A DNA stretch of 64,000 nucleotides from Camelus dromedarius (taxonomy: Eukaryota). The notes beneath the pieces were generated by a model that ran no database searches, was not told the DNA's origin, and saw only the letters and a program-made list of their open reading frames with translations. The position numbers and the translations under genes were made by a program. Location of the stretch: the NCBI RefSeq assembly GCF_036321535.1, contig NC_087437.1, positions 70,744,001-70,808,000 of the forward strand. Reading direction: 5' to 3'. Of the stretch, positions 1 through 11,790 are shown piece by piece. Each line of letters opens with the position of its first letter. Position 1 is the first letter of the stretch.

Positions 1-224
1 TGCCTGCTTACTCCAGCTGTGGGCTTAAACCTCACCTATGTGTTAATTTCAATGTCTTCCTAAGCAGAGAACATACAAGGACACCATGCTTTAGATGAGG
101 TGGATTTGCTGCTATGTTCAGTCTTTATACTGGTTCCAAATACTTGATGCAGAACTGTTCAGTGGCTGGGCCTCACTCCTGTTACCTACTAACTCTGGTT
201 GTTCTCATCTCATTGCTTAAGTCC

Positions 225-342
225 TTCCTAAACTATAAATTCTGTTAAGCATGATCTAGTCCGATCTATTGATGGTTTCACCATGGTAGTTTGAGCATAA
301 TAAATAAATGTAAGGTAAATGAGTGAATTAATGAATGAATGT
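225..342 (+). mobile_element. LINE-2 3' end fragment
   Basis: Ends in the typical L2 tail (...taaataaatgtaaggtaaatgagtgaattaatgaatgaatg); heavily diverged. Confidence 0.5.
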
Positions 343-1334
343 TCTTCTATTTCCAGCCCCTTCATTTAGGTCCTAGTCCTGGCTACCTGATATTCTAAAT
401 GCTAAACTCATTGTCCACCTAGGCCACTGTGTTCACTATCCCTAGTTATTATTCTGTCTTCTAGTCCAAACTCTGCTAGTTAGTTTTCTCTCATTGCCTG
501 ATTTGAAACTCTCAACACTGAAATCCAGTCAGTATAGTAGGACTACCCTCCTATCTGCTCCATCTCTTCCTTTGTGAAACCACGAACACTACCCTTAGAA
601 CTGTGTTTCTTATTCCTCTGCCTGTGCCTTCTTCCCATTTGAAATTTGAACTTTAATCTTACGAGTGATTTATTATCCATTTGCGTTTTCATCTGATGCC
701 CTTGGTCCTAACCTTAACTTTGATCTTCATACCATGTTATTCACATACCCCTTTCTATATTTATTATATTTTGAGAAAAATATGCTTATGTCAATAGTAA
801 GTAAGTGAAAGCTGATATCAAGCCTGATCTGAAAGAAGCAGCATTCAACCACGTTGGCAGACCATGTGTTGGGCCATTTGTTATGCCTCCACAATGGTCC
901 TTATCTTAGCTCCTTGATAAACATCAGAGATCTGATATCCTGAACCTGGTCTCAGTTGCCCTATACCTGCTCTATCCCTAGGCTAGTACTAACAACATCC
1001 AAAGCTTAATTAATGTAAAATTTAATTGGGAAATGTTGGCATTAGTGTAGAGTATGTCTAGCAGTAAATATCACATGTGAAAGTGAGAGGAACTAAAAAT
1101 AAAATCCCACCTTGTTGCAGCTGGTCAAAACCACTGACCATCACATGTTGATATATTTATTGTGTGCCCTTTATTGTCACTTTTTATTGGGGGAGGTGCT
1201 TTTCTGAAAAAGGGAGAAAAGATTTTTTAAAAAGAAGAGAAGAGGGCCAATTTAAATACAGAAACAAGTATGATGCTAAACTTAATTAGTATTTGTCACA
1301 ATAGTTAACAGTGTTACTATTATCAAAGACAATA

Positions 1335-1760
1335 CCTGCTTACAAGGAGCTTCTAGTTTATATAGCCTTATTGTAGAGATTAGTAATTAGATCCTAAAAC
1401 TAATTAGGTGGAAATTACTAGTCTGTAATTATGCACTAAAACGAGCAGTAAGGAAAGGCAGTGCGTGCTTATAAGAATTCACATCAGGGTGGCTTCTAAT
1501 GGCATGTGGAAGGCTTGATAGAAGAGAGAGAACTCTAGCTGTTGATGTAAAAGTTGGGCATTGAAGGATAAAGGAAAAAGGGTCTTTTGGAGAGAAGGAA
1601 AACTGGAATGTGATGGTGTGATATCAGAAAACAGGGAAGTGGGGGGAATGAAGGAAAATTTTGACCTGAAGGCACAGCAATGGGAGTGAAGGCGATGTGC
1701 ACAGAAAGTGATGAAATTAGAAATGAGATCCATTTTGGCGAATATTAGGATATGAGTGTG
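1335..1760 (-). mobile_element. LINE-2 fragment (antisense)
   Basis: Purine-rich tract with antisense L2 motifs (caaggagcttctagt; ggaaggcttgatagaagagagagaactctagctg); boundaries approximate. Confidence 0.45.
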
Positions 1761-1794
1761 AAAAGGCAGGTGGAGTACAAAATGTATTCCTTGT

Positions 1795-1950
1795 GTTTCT
1801 AGGTATATTATTCAAAAGAAAGGAAAGTGTATGTCCGTATAAAACGTGTACATGAATACTCATAGCAGTATTATTAATAATAGCCAAAAAGTGAAAGAAC
1901 TCAAATGCTCATTGTCTGATGGATGAGTAAATGAAATGGTATATACAAAA
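1795..1950 (+). mobile_element. Old L1 (L1M-type) ORF2-end fragment
   Basis: ctaggtatattattcaaaagaaaggaaagtgtatgtcc...catagcagtattattaataatagccaaaaagtgaaagaactcaaatgctcatt resembles the conserved L1 ORF2 3' segment. Confidence 0.7.
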
Positions 1951-2054
1951 AAAATGTATGCTTTGTGGATAATGAGAACAATTCCTGTCATACTGTTAGA
2001 ACTCAATAAGGGCTGGCTGAATACTTGACACATTTTAGAGAGACAAGCAAAAAT

Positions 2055-2230
2055 AATGAAAGTGGTGTTTTAAGAGTCCACCAGGCCACAGTGTGAGGGT
2101 GGTTTGAGGGGGTTGAGACTAGTCAGAGATGCCAGCTGGGAGGCAATTGCAGTCATTCAGGTGGAGAGCAACCAAAACTCAAATACAGTCATGACAGTGG
2201 AGATAAAGAAAATGGACATTTCAGGAAACA
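2055..2230 (-). mobile_element. LINE-2 fragment (antisense), probably continuing 1335-1760
   Basis: ccagctgggaggcaattgcagtcattcaggtggagag...gacagtggagataaagaaatggacatt is a typical antisense L2 motif. Confidence 0.6.
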
Positions 2231-5200
2231 TTAACTGCACTCTCCATGTCTCTTTCCAACCAACCGTAACCCTAGTCCCTCATAACCATAATTTTAACTG
2301 AAAGATATCTCCTAAATGTGAGGTCCTTTTTGCTTTTTTATTTGATTTTGGTGAAGTCCATCACTACTTATAAGGCAGGACCAGATTGGAGACAGGACCT
2401 TCAGGCTCACGTAAGCCTCCAACAAGAGTGGGCTTTATTATAGTATATTCCTGAACATAATATGCTATCAAAGTTTGATTGCTTGGGGAATAAATTCAGG
2501 GGACACATAGACTTCTTTGTGTTCATGCTTAGAGTTGCTAAATAAACAAGACTCTATGGGAAATCCAGCACATCACAGAGTACTGATCCACCCAGGGAGA
2601 TTCTTGAGGAGTGTTTTAGCTAAATGGTTCTTAACTCTCACTGTCTACCTCCTGAAATAGTGATAGATTCTCCTACATCTTCTCCCTTCCATCTTCTGTT
2701 CAACCAGATCAACACCGAAAGGAAACCTCAATGCAGGGTACACGCTGCCAGAGATGTCAAGAATATCCCAAGCTCTGGCTTACTCCTGAGGCAGTCTCAG
2801 GGACCCCAGGATATTCTGGTACTCAGTTGTGAGAAACAGTGCTCATTAAATTGTCTTTCACTGAGTGCCATTATTATCAGTCATGCACTCAGTTGGCCTT
2901 TCTCTGGATAGGTCTGACATTTCTAGAAGGGTAACAATTTGGCCAGTGTATCATGTCTGTATTCAACTTTTTACTGGCCAAGAACTGTGTGTCCACGTTG
3001 CTGTATTCCACTCCTGAGGCGAGCGCCCCATTTTATCTTATGATTATTTGAGTGACTGCCTTTTCTTGCCTGCTCAGAACTCCTGCTAGATAGGACCATG
3101 CCTTACTTTTCTCTTTATCTTCTAGTTTCAGCATAACATATGCCCCACAGTAGACCACTAGTGTACCTTTTTGGACTCCCTTGATTCTGTGCATTTTGAA
3201 CAGAGACAACCCTCTGTGAGGTTTCCCTCCTGAGTTCTGATATGGAAAATACCTCCTAAGTGCCAAACTCTTTTGCCTCCCCAGCCAGTCAATCCCAGGT
3301 ACTTACTTGGCCTAATTTTTCCCAGCGGTTGGCATAGGGAATGTGAAATTGATGGCTCTGCTTGTCAAACCTGTCTGTCTGCACAGCGTAGAGTGGCACC
3401 ATTTAGAGGAAGGGTGTTTGGAAAATTAAACAAGGACTGTCTGAATAGGAGACCTATTGGCCTGCAATGGAGTGACAGGTTTCTGCCCACAAACTGGGGT
3501 TAAGACCTGCATATTGATGCTTCTTTTCACCCATTTGTGAGTAATGGGTCTCACCCCATTAGTGGGTGAATGTGTTACACCACTGGAAGCTGTTATGCAT
3601 TCTCCATAGGTCTGTATGAAGGAGCTGTAGATACACATGAATATGTACTTGCCGACAGATCTGTGTATTTATCTGCCTGTCAGCGGGAGCAGACAGGGCA
3701 CAGCTCTTTGATGGGCAGGAGCTGCAGGTCAAAGCCGCGCTCTTGCCGCTGCCGCTGCTGCTGTGATTGCTGTGGCTTTATCGTTTGAGTCTTGAAGGAG
3801 GCTAGGGGCAGCTTGTTAGTTGCTCCAGCCAAACCTGGAAGGCTAGCGCTGGTCACTGACATAATTAGGGGGACCTTGCAAATGTTGCCTGCCAGTGTTG
3901 TCGTGGCCAGTGAGGATGGGCTCTTAAAACCATGGTCACCCACCATCTGTAATCTTTCAGTCGTGACTCAGGAGGCCACACGTTTCTGCTCTCTGTCGGC
4001 TCCAACGCTGTTCTGATGCTGTCTGATCCTCTTGGATTCTGCGTGTCAGGTGTATTTCTGCTGCAGGCTGCCTCTCAGCCTCTGCCCTACTCAAGAGACA
4101 TACTCTCTCCCAGTAGGAAAAAAATGATTGTGCTTCAAGTTTCTAATGGAAATAGTCTACTAAACTAGGTGCTTATTTTAGGAGTAGCCACATCCCTGTA
4201 ACTATATACATCATTGACTGTGCCTTTGTCATCCCAGTATGAGCATGCCTGGTGAGCAAAAAGACATTTTTCCCCCGAAGTGAAAATATACTAGTGATGG
4301 CAAACTGAATGTATCATTATTTCATATATAACTAAGGAAAACAAGCAGAGCAAACTTATGTTTTTAATCTGGATCCGTTTACCAGTTTAATTCGATAGTG
4401 GAAATTAATTGTGCAATTTTTAATATAACTGCAGTACAACCACAATTAACAGATGTTCTGTACAGACATTGCCCCTCCCTCTCATGCTTATAAGAGGGCG
4501 TGGACCATTCTTTTCCACAAAAATTCAATTTTCCTCAGGACTGAAATTATTGCAAATGAAGTGACAGGAGTATTTCTGGTTTTGGTTGGTTTGTGTGGTA
4601 TCCATTTAATAGAAGTCTGATTCAAAGATAAAAGAAGTGAGCTCATCTTAGAGTTTCCTGATTTTGCCTTTCTAAAAGGTAAGTGGAAGAGCAAGAAGAG
4701 TTTTGTCTCAGACAGAATTTGGAAAGAAATAGACTGACCTATCAAAGAGGGGTGAGATGATGTGAAAGGACTTACTTCTATACGTCAAACCCTGTAAGAT
4801 GTGTTTCACTCAACAGGAGAGGGACTGGGTTCAGATGTAGAGCTCTCTTTTCCTACTTCTTTTCATTTGTTATGCTTTCCTCTTAATATTATTGTTAATA
4901 TCTCTACTGTGCAACAAAGGCAGAATGATTGTTCTGAAGATCTCCTTCAATAGGGTAGAAATCAGTAATTTGATCAATCAGATCAACAGAAAGTGGAAAA
5001 AAGAAACCCTATATTCAATTAAAGTATGTTGCCTGAGTACAGGCTTTTTAAAAAAATAATAATAAATTAGGGATTGATACCTGGGAGTTATATATAGGTT
5101 AATAATTCTGTGAGGGTGAGAGTGAGCTACTTAAGAACTCCACCTGACCTTCTGCTATTGCTAAAAGCCCAAAACTCAGTAAGTGTATCAAAGTCATGTT

Positions 5201-5329
5201 AAACCGTAAGTTTATGGTTTGCTATAAGAGTTTGCACCTGCTTAAAAAGGCACGATAGAAATATTGAAATGGGACAGTTCATTAGTAATGAAGAAATTTG
5301 TAGCTGCTGTGGCAAAGGTTTCTCTAGGA

Positions 5330-5517
5330 CAGTATCTCCTAAACATCCCTGATCCTAAGAGTCATCAGGGTCGCCTGTGAAATATGCACATGTCTGGGTC
5401 CCTGCCTCCCCCACCAGACCTAGAGAATCAGAAATTTCCATGGAGTGAACTTGGCATTTATATCTGAAATAAGAAACATAGTTGATTGCTATAATCAGGG
5501 AAGTTTGAGAAACTCTT
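5330..5517. mobile_element. MER5A1-like hAT-Charlie non-autonomous DNA transposon
   Basis: ~190 bp with degenerate TIRs (cagtatctcctaaacatccctgatc...atcagggaagtttgagaaactct) and the internal MER5 motif ccagacctagagaatcagaaattt. Confidence 0.75.
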
Positions 5518-5527
5518 TTCTAAGAGA

Positions 5528-5853
5528 TTTTTTTTTAATTGAAGTATAGTTGATTTACAATGCTGTGTTAGTTTCTGGTTTACAGCATAGTGCAATGGAA
5601 TACTACTCAACTATAAAAAAGAAAGAAATAATACCATTTGCAGCAACACAGATGGACCTAGAGATTATCATACTAAGTGAAGTAAGTCAGAGAGAGAAAG
5701 ACAAATACCATATGGTATCATTTATATGTGGAATCTAAAAAATGATACAAATGAACTTATTTACAAAACAGAAACAGACTCACAAACACAGAAAACAAAG
5801 TGCAGGAGGTAAAAGCTAGGAGGTTGGGATTAGAAGAAACAAACTACTATATA
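5528..5853. mobile_element. 5'-truncated L1 with 5' inversion (twin-priming architecture)
   Basis: 5528-5592 is poly-T plus antisense L1 3' terminus (ttaattgaagtatagttgatttacaatg). 5593-5853 is sense ORF2 end ([47 protein letters not shown]) plus 3'UTR. Confidence 0.85.
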
Positions 5854-6094
5854 TGAGAATTTTTAGAACACATGAAGATGGGACATGATGATCCTGTATG
5901 TACACCTCTCCTATGTCCTTCCCAAGAATTCAGAGGCATTTCACGAGAGTCAAAGAGCTTTTCCCTAGATCAGTGATCTCTTAGCATCTCATGTCTCTCC
6001 TTGTCCCTCCTTGTCCCTTTATGTCAGTAACTTTAAGATTTTGTATTCCTCTCTTTCCTGCCCATCATTCCTACCTAATAAATGGTCATATCAT

Positions 6095-6250
6095 GAAATA
6101 AAAGTCCCTAGATTAGGAATTTGGAGCTTCAATTCTAGTTCTGGCTGAAACTAAGAGCTCTGTGACCTTACACCTTCTCATCACTTTAGTTTTTACATTA
6201 GAACGATGATGAGGTTGCACAAAATGCTGTTTGTGAACTACTCCAGCTGT
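6095..6250 (+). mobile_element. MIR/MIR3 SINE fragment
   Basis: tagattaggaatttggagcttcaattctagttctggctgaaactaagagctctgtgacctt resembles the MIR 5'/core region. Confidence 0.55.
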
Positions 6251-7719
6251 ACATTTTTCCAAATATTAAATAACTTCTGCAACTTTTTTGGGGACCATAA
6301 CCATACATGATGACTTCTGTGCTTGACGGGAATGTGTGTGCAGATTTAGACATGTCCATAAGTATTATTTACAGACTTGTTACCTATTTCTGAAACCAAA
6401 TTGAGTTACAGTGTAATCTAAGATAATAAACTCTTCGGAAAATTTATTTTCTGCTTCTGACTGTTAGAAGTTTCTTCCAGGGGAATTGTTGACGGGTTTG
6501 TCATATTGACAGCCATGTGATGGATACTGATTTGTTAAATGAGGAAGAGAATGTGTGAGTGAATGGATCAACAACCTGGTGCCTGTCTTGGCACTAACAC
6601 TTTCAAGTCCAGGGAGGCAAGGACAGTTATACTTTTCAGCTAAACGTTGGAGGGCTGGTAGTGAAAATAATTATTTAGATACATATAAATGGCAATGACT
6701 TGGGGTTGCTACAAAGCTAAATGGAAAGTCCTTAGCTAAATACATCAAAAGGAGGAAGGAGAAGAAAGTGCCACTCCAGAGTTTCGAAGGTGAAGATGGA
6801 GAAGTGTAGTAATAGAGGTTTATGTTTCCTGAACTCCCTTGTCAGCTCAGCATGTCCTCAGTGTAAATACACATGTGACGGTGGCCTGCACACTCATTCA
6901 CACTTCAGAGAAGCCCTGGGTTTCCTTTTCTCCCTCCATTTTAGCAGTGGGCAGCCTGCAACCTTTTGATCAAGCTGACTTTGTACATTACATGACTGAA
7001 CTCAGCTATGCCAAACATCCTTGAGGAAGTTGACATTTGTGTACTTTGAAAGAAAAAAAAAGAAAAGTGAATCCCAACTGCTTCCTCCTGCCCTTTTGAT
7101 TAAGAGAATGGTAAGTCAGCAGGAGAGGTGCTGCTTTTAACAAGCAGGAGTATGCGGAATTGATTGGTATCTTTCTTTGAAAAAAAGTAGAAAAGATTGA
7201 TGTTAAACAACACTAATCAGAGTTGATTACAGGGACTGAATGAATTCATTGATGGAAAAGAGCCATGGTTCCAGAGACAACAAAAGAGATTAGGTAATAG
7301 ACAGGGGAATAGGATTTGAAATAGTGCTGCTCATCTCTGACAACCAGGAATCAGAACCCCTCACTCTCTAACCACTCCTTGGAGTAGACTTACCTGTACA
7401 TGAGTACAGAACTCAGCTGGGAATGCTCTTTCTCATCATCCGGGCCTCAGCCTTTTCTGTTCGCCTTACCTAATGTGGGGCTTCCATCACAACCTGGGTG
7501 TGCTCTACCCTCCTCTGAAACCTCCTTTTCCTCTATTCCCAAATGTCACCCAGAGCTCTGTCTGAAACCACCTGCCGTTTCCTGAATGGAAAACATTCTG
7601 CCTTGCTCTGTAATTTTTTATTTTGTTACCTCTACCTGGTGTCTCTTTTCATCCCTCCTCGTTAAAAGTCAGGGTCCCATGCCTCTGTTCTCCCATGGCT
7701 ATTTATGCCTAATTCATCT

Positions 7720-7885
7720 GTAGCAGGCATCACCCTGTGTTATAAATATTTGGATAGTTTCTTTACCTTCTCTCCAGTAGACTGGAACATTTGAGGGCAG
7801 GGACTGTGTCCCTTACCTTTGTATCTTTAATGTTAGCAGAATACCCAGAATGTACTAGGGGTTTAATGAATAAAAAATGAACCAA
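7720..7885 (+). mobile_element. LINE-2 3' end
   Basis: ccagtagactggaacatttgagggcagggactgtgtcccttacctttgtatct...ttaatgaataaaaaatgaa is the L2 3' signature. Confidence 0.7.
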
Positions 7886-7974
7886 TCAATCAATCAATAC
7901 TCCCTCCCTCCCTCCCTTCATGTTTTAAAATAATTGCCTAAAATAAATAACAGAACCCAGAGGAAGAAATTTTT

Positions 7975-8445
7975 TAATTTAAAAAAAATTTATTGAAGTA
8001 TAGTCGATTTACAATGTTGTGTTAGTTTCAGGCATGCAGCAAAGGGATTCAGTGAATATATACACATAGATTCTTTTTCAGATTGTTTTTCAGTATAGGT
8101 TATTATAAGATATTAATATAGTTCTCTGTGTTATACAGTAGGTCCTTGTTGTTATTTATTTATTCTATATATAGTAGTGTATGTATGTTAATCCCAAACT
8201 CCTAATCCCTCCCCTCCTTTCCCCTTTGGTAACCATAAGTTTGTTTTCTGTGTCTGTGGGTCTATTTCTGTTTTGTAAATAAGTTGATTAGTGTCATTAT
8301 TTTTTTTAGATTCCACATGTAAGTGATATCATATGATAATTGTCTTTTGCTGTCTGACTTACTTCACTTAATATAATAATCTCTAGATCCATCCATGTTG
8401 CTGCATATGGCATTACTTCATTCTTTTTATGGCTGAGTAATATTC

Positions 8446-8488
<43 letters not shown>

Positions 8489-8810
8489 CAGTTTCTGTAT
8501 CCAGTCATCTGTCAATGGACATTTAGGTTGCTTCCATGTCTTGGCTGTTGTAATTAGTGCTGCTATAAACATTGGGATGCATGTAATTTTTCAAATTAGT
8601 GTTTTTTCTGGATATATGCCCAGGAGTGGGATTGCTAGATCAAATGGTAACTCCATTTTTAATTTTTTAAGGAACCTCTGTATTGTTCTCCTTAGTAGCT
8701 GCACTAATTTACATTCCCACCAACAGTGTAGGAGGGTTCCCTGTTTTCCACACCCTCTCCATCACTTATTATTTGTAGACTTTTTAGTGATGGCCATTCT
8801 GACTGATGTG
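7975..8810 (-). mobile_element. 5'-truncated L1 (ORF2 C-terminus + 3'UTR) with 17-bp TSD
   Basis: Minus ORF 8306-8572 gives ORF2 C-terminal motifs ([19 protein letters not shown]...[14 protein letters not shown]). Flanked by cagaggaagaaattttt (7958-7974) and cagaggaaggaattttt (8811-8827). Confidence 0.95.
8448..8485. repeat. (TG)n microsatellite inside the L1
   Basis: Perfect GT/TG run of about 19 units read directly. Confidence 0.95.
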
Positions 8811-9440
8811 CAGAGGAAGGAATTTTTACACAGAATGGACAAGTCACTTGGTATCTGTTTACCAAAACAGTAATAGGACAAAAAAAAGGGGGGGGTAGTC
8901 AAATTTAGGAGCTTTTACCCTTGCTCTTTTCTGTGATGTCTGGGTTGTTCAGACAGCACACTCACTACAAATATGAAGAAACCATTGGGGAAACAGTTTG
9001 TTGGACTGGTGCTATAATTTCTGACCAGTGAATAAATGTGTTGCTTATTTTACAAAAATTAGGCAGCTGCTATTAAATGTGCTATTAATTATAGTGCATT
9101 CTTCATATTAGCTTCTATTTTAGGAACCCCCAAGTATTCAACATACATTATCAGCCTAATGCTGTATTTTGCCTTGTGTTAATAATATTATGCCTACTGA
9201 ATGTGTCACCTGAGCACTTGAGAATCTTCATAAATATTATCAAATGAGTGAATATATTATACTCATTATTTTCAGTAATCTCATATATTTACACTCCTAG
9301 AGAAATGTGTTTTCTTCTTATGCAGCAACAAGTGGATTACCAGATCTTCTCCACTCAACACATGGGAAGTAGAATGTATGGGGAATCACCGCAGCTTTTA
9401 GATGGGGTTTGTCCAAGTTAGTTCATGGCTGAAACATTTT

Positions 9441-9701
9441 TTATTGATTTATAATCATTTTACAATGTTGTGTCAAATTCCAGTGTTCAGCACAATTTTT
9501 CAGTTATTCATGGACATATACACACTCATTGCCACATTTTTTCCTCTGTGAGTTATCATAACATTTTGTGTATATTTCCCTGTGCTATACAGTGTAGTCT
9601 ATTCTACAATTTTGAAATCCCAGTCTATCCCTTCCCACCCTCCACCCCTCTGGTAACCACAAGTCTGTATTCTCTGTCTGTGAGTCTATTTCTGTCCTTT
9701 A
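9441..9701 (-). mobile_element. Short L1 3'UTR insertion of a distinct, probably younger subfamily, with 19-bp TSD
   Basis: Antisense L1 3' end (ttattgatttataatcattttacaatgttgtgtcaaattcc...ggtaaccacaagtctgtattctctgtctgtgagtctatttctg). TSD ttcatgg(c/a)tgaaacatttt at 9422-9440 and 9702-9720. Confidence 0.9.
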
Positions 9702-10009
9702 TTCATGGATGAAACATTTTAATGGCATTTTAGGTTTTACTAATAACTTCATTGGGCTAGAAAGGCACAACTGTTCAATAATGCTACACAGCTAGGAAGG
9801 GAAGAATCTGAAGCATTTTATGGTTCTAGGTGATGGAGTCCCAGTGATGCTAAATATGGCCACATTTGCCCAAATGTTGGCTACCTCAGTGGCTAAAAAC
9901 TGTGGGAGCTTGGAAATCATTTTATCTTTTCTAGGACACTTTTATTTTCACTTTTGTATGAGATTATTTTTGAATTAGTCCATCTCACATTTTTCAATGC
10001 AGTTCTCAA

Positions 10010-10870
10010 TCATACATTCTCCAGTATATCTTGGAGATCTTTTCCTTTCAGTACATAGAGAGCTACCTTAATCTTTTATTCAGTTGCACAGTATTCCATT
10101 ATGTAAATGTATCATAGTTTATTCTACCAGTCCCTATTAATAAACAATTTTTGTCATTTCTAACGATGCTCCAGTGAACAAATCTTGTACATAAATCATT
10201 TCATAGATGTGCAGATATTCTGCAGAATAAATTCTCTAAAGTAAAATTGTTGGTCAAAGGATTACGTGCATCTTAAATTTTGAGAAATTTTACCAAATGG
10301 ATCTCAACAGGGGTGGCATTACTGAGTACTCCCTTTGGCAATATAGGAAAGTGCTTTTTCACTCCCAGCCTCAACAAAATAGTGTTCTTTTAAACTTTGG
10401 ATTTTTTCTAATTGTGTAGGTAAAAGATGATATCTCAGTGTATTTACACTTTACTTTTTCCTTATTGTGAGTGACCCAAACATCTTTTGATATGTTTAGT
10501 GATTTTGATGTTTGTTTTTTTTATAAGGTGTCTGTTCATCTCTTTTACCTTTTCTTTCCATTGGATTCTTGGTCTTTTTCTTATTGACTTCTTGATATTT
10601 ATACATTAAGGAGATAATCTTTTCATCTGAATGAATAGCAAGTATTTTCCTAGTTTGTCTTTTTTAAAATTACTTTGTTTATGGTGTATATATCTTTTGC
10701 CATGTAGGGGCTTTGTTTTAATGTAATCAGATTTACCAATCTTTTCCATTATGGCTTCTAGATGTTAAGGTACAAAGTCCTTCTCCATGCCAAGATTATA
10801 AAAGGATTTGCCAGTGTTTTCTTTTAGTACTTTGATAGTTTAGATTTTTATGTTGAAAAATACAATCTAT
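10010..10870 (-). mobile_element. Ancient L1ME-type fragment
   Basis: Antisense L1ME 3'/ORF2 motifs (gcacagtattccattatgtaaatgtatcatagtttattctaccagtccctatt; tagcaagtattttcctagtttgtc). Confidence 0.75.
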
Positions 10871-11609
10871 TGAATGAGATTTTTAATCCAGAAGATATTT
10901 TCAGGATAAAGGAGGACATGAGGAAAGAGAAGCCACAGTGTTCCCAGAACTTGATAAGCTATGGCTGACCTGCTGTCATTTGCATAGTATCCTAAATCTC
11001 ATTCCTTTCTGCCAGCAAGATGCAATACAATTATGATGAAAAGGAACAATCAGGATTTTAAAATTAAAATTAAGAATAAACATGTTTAGCCTTTTGAGGT
11101 TTCCTCATTCTACATTGCCGTTTGTTTGTTTTGGGTTTTTGTTTGTTTCTTTGTTTCTGTGAGAAGGCCTCATGCTATCAGAGAGGCCATAAGCTAATGG
11201 CATGATTTATTGGTTTAAATTCTGGTACCCAATGCAATTCAGCACTAAAATCTTATTAATTGTGAAACACAAACTGTTATAAAATAGTGCATAAAACCTA
11301 GTTGTTGGAGTCAGAAGTCCTGAATTCATCTGCTGTACCCAGAGCATCTCTCCTTGCCATGATTTCTATCTGTACCCAATGGAAAGAATGAGGTTGTTAT
11401 TTCAAAAACAATTAAAAACAAATAAATACATTTTTAATGCTTTGGGTTTTATAGAAAATTAATTCATGAAGTCATTAATTGATGGTATTTTCAAATTATG
11501 TGGCATATGAATTTTTGCAGGAAAGCTTTATGTAGAAAGCTTCATTTTCCTACAGTCCAGTTAATATTTGCTCACCCTCTTCTATGTTTTGCATTTATTT
11601 TCAGAAGTA

Positions 11610-11790
11610 GTCTTTCAACAAGTATCTGTTTTAGGTGCTGGGGTACAACAATGAACAAAACAGACACATACGAAAAAATCCTTATCTTCAAAGAGCTAAT
11701 ATTTGGAGGAGAAGGGCAGAAAATAAGTAGATACATAAAATAAAAAGCCTATGGGGGAGAGGAAGTACTGGGAAAGGGGTATTTCTTTGA
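11610..11790 (-). mobile_element. LINE-2 fragment (antisense)
   Basis: ttcaacaagtatctgttttaggtgctggggtacaacaatgaacaaaacagac...ccttatcttcaaagagcta. Confidence 0.7.

Noticed and set aside
3680..3946. 88-aa minus ORF with a Q-rich stretch (PQQSQQQRQRQER)
   Set aside because: The Q/R run derives from a short GCT/GCC repeat; no recognisable homology and no convincing exon boundaries.
8448..8873. 141-aa plus ORF
   Set aside because: Antisense reading of an L1 plus the TG microsatellite (CVCVCV).
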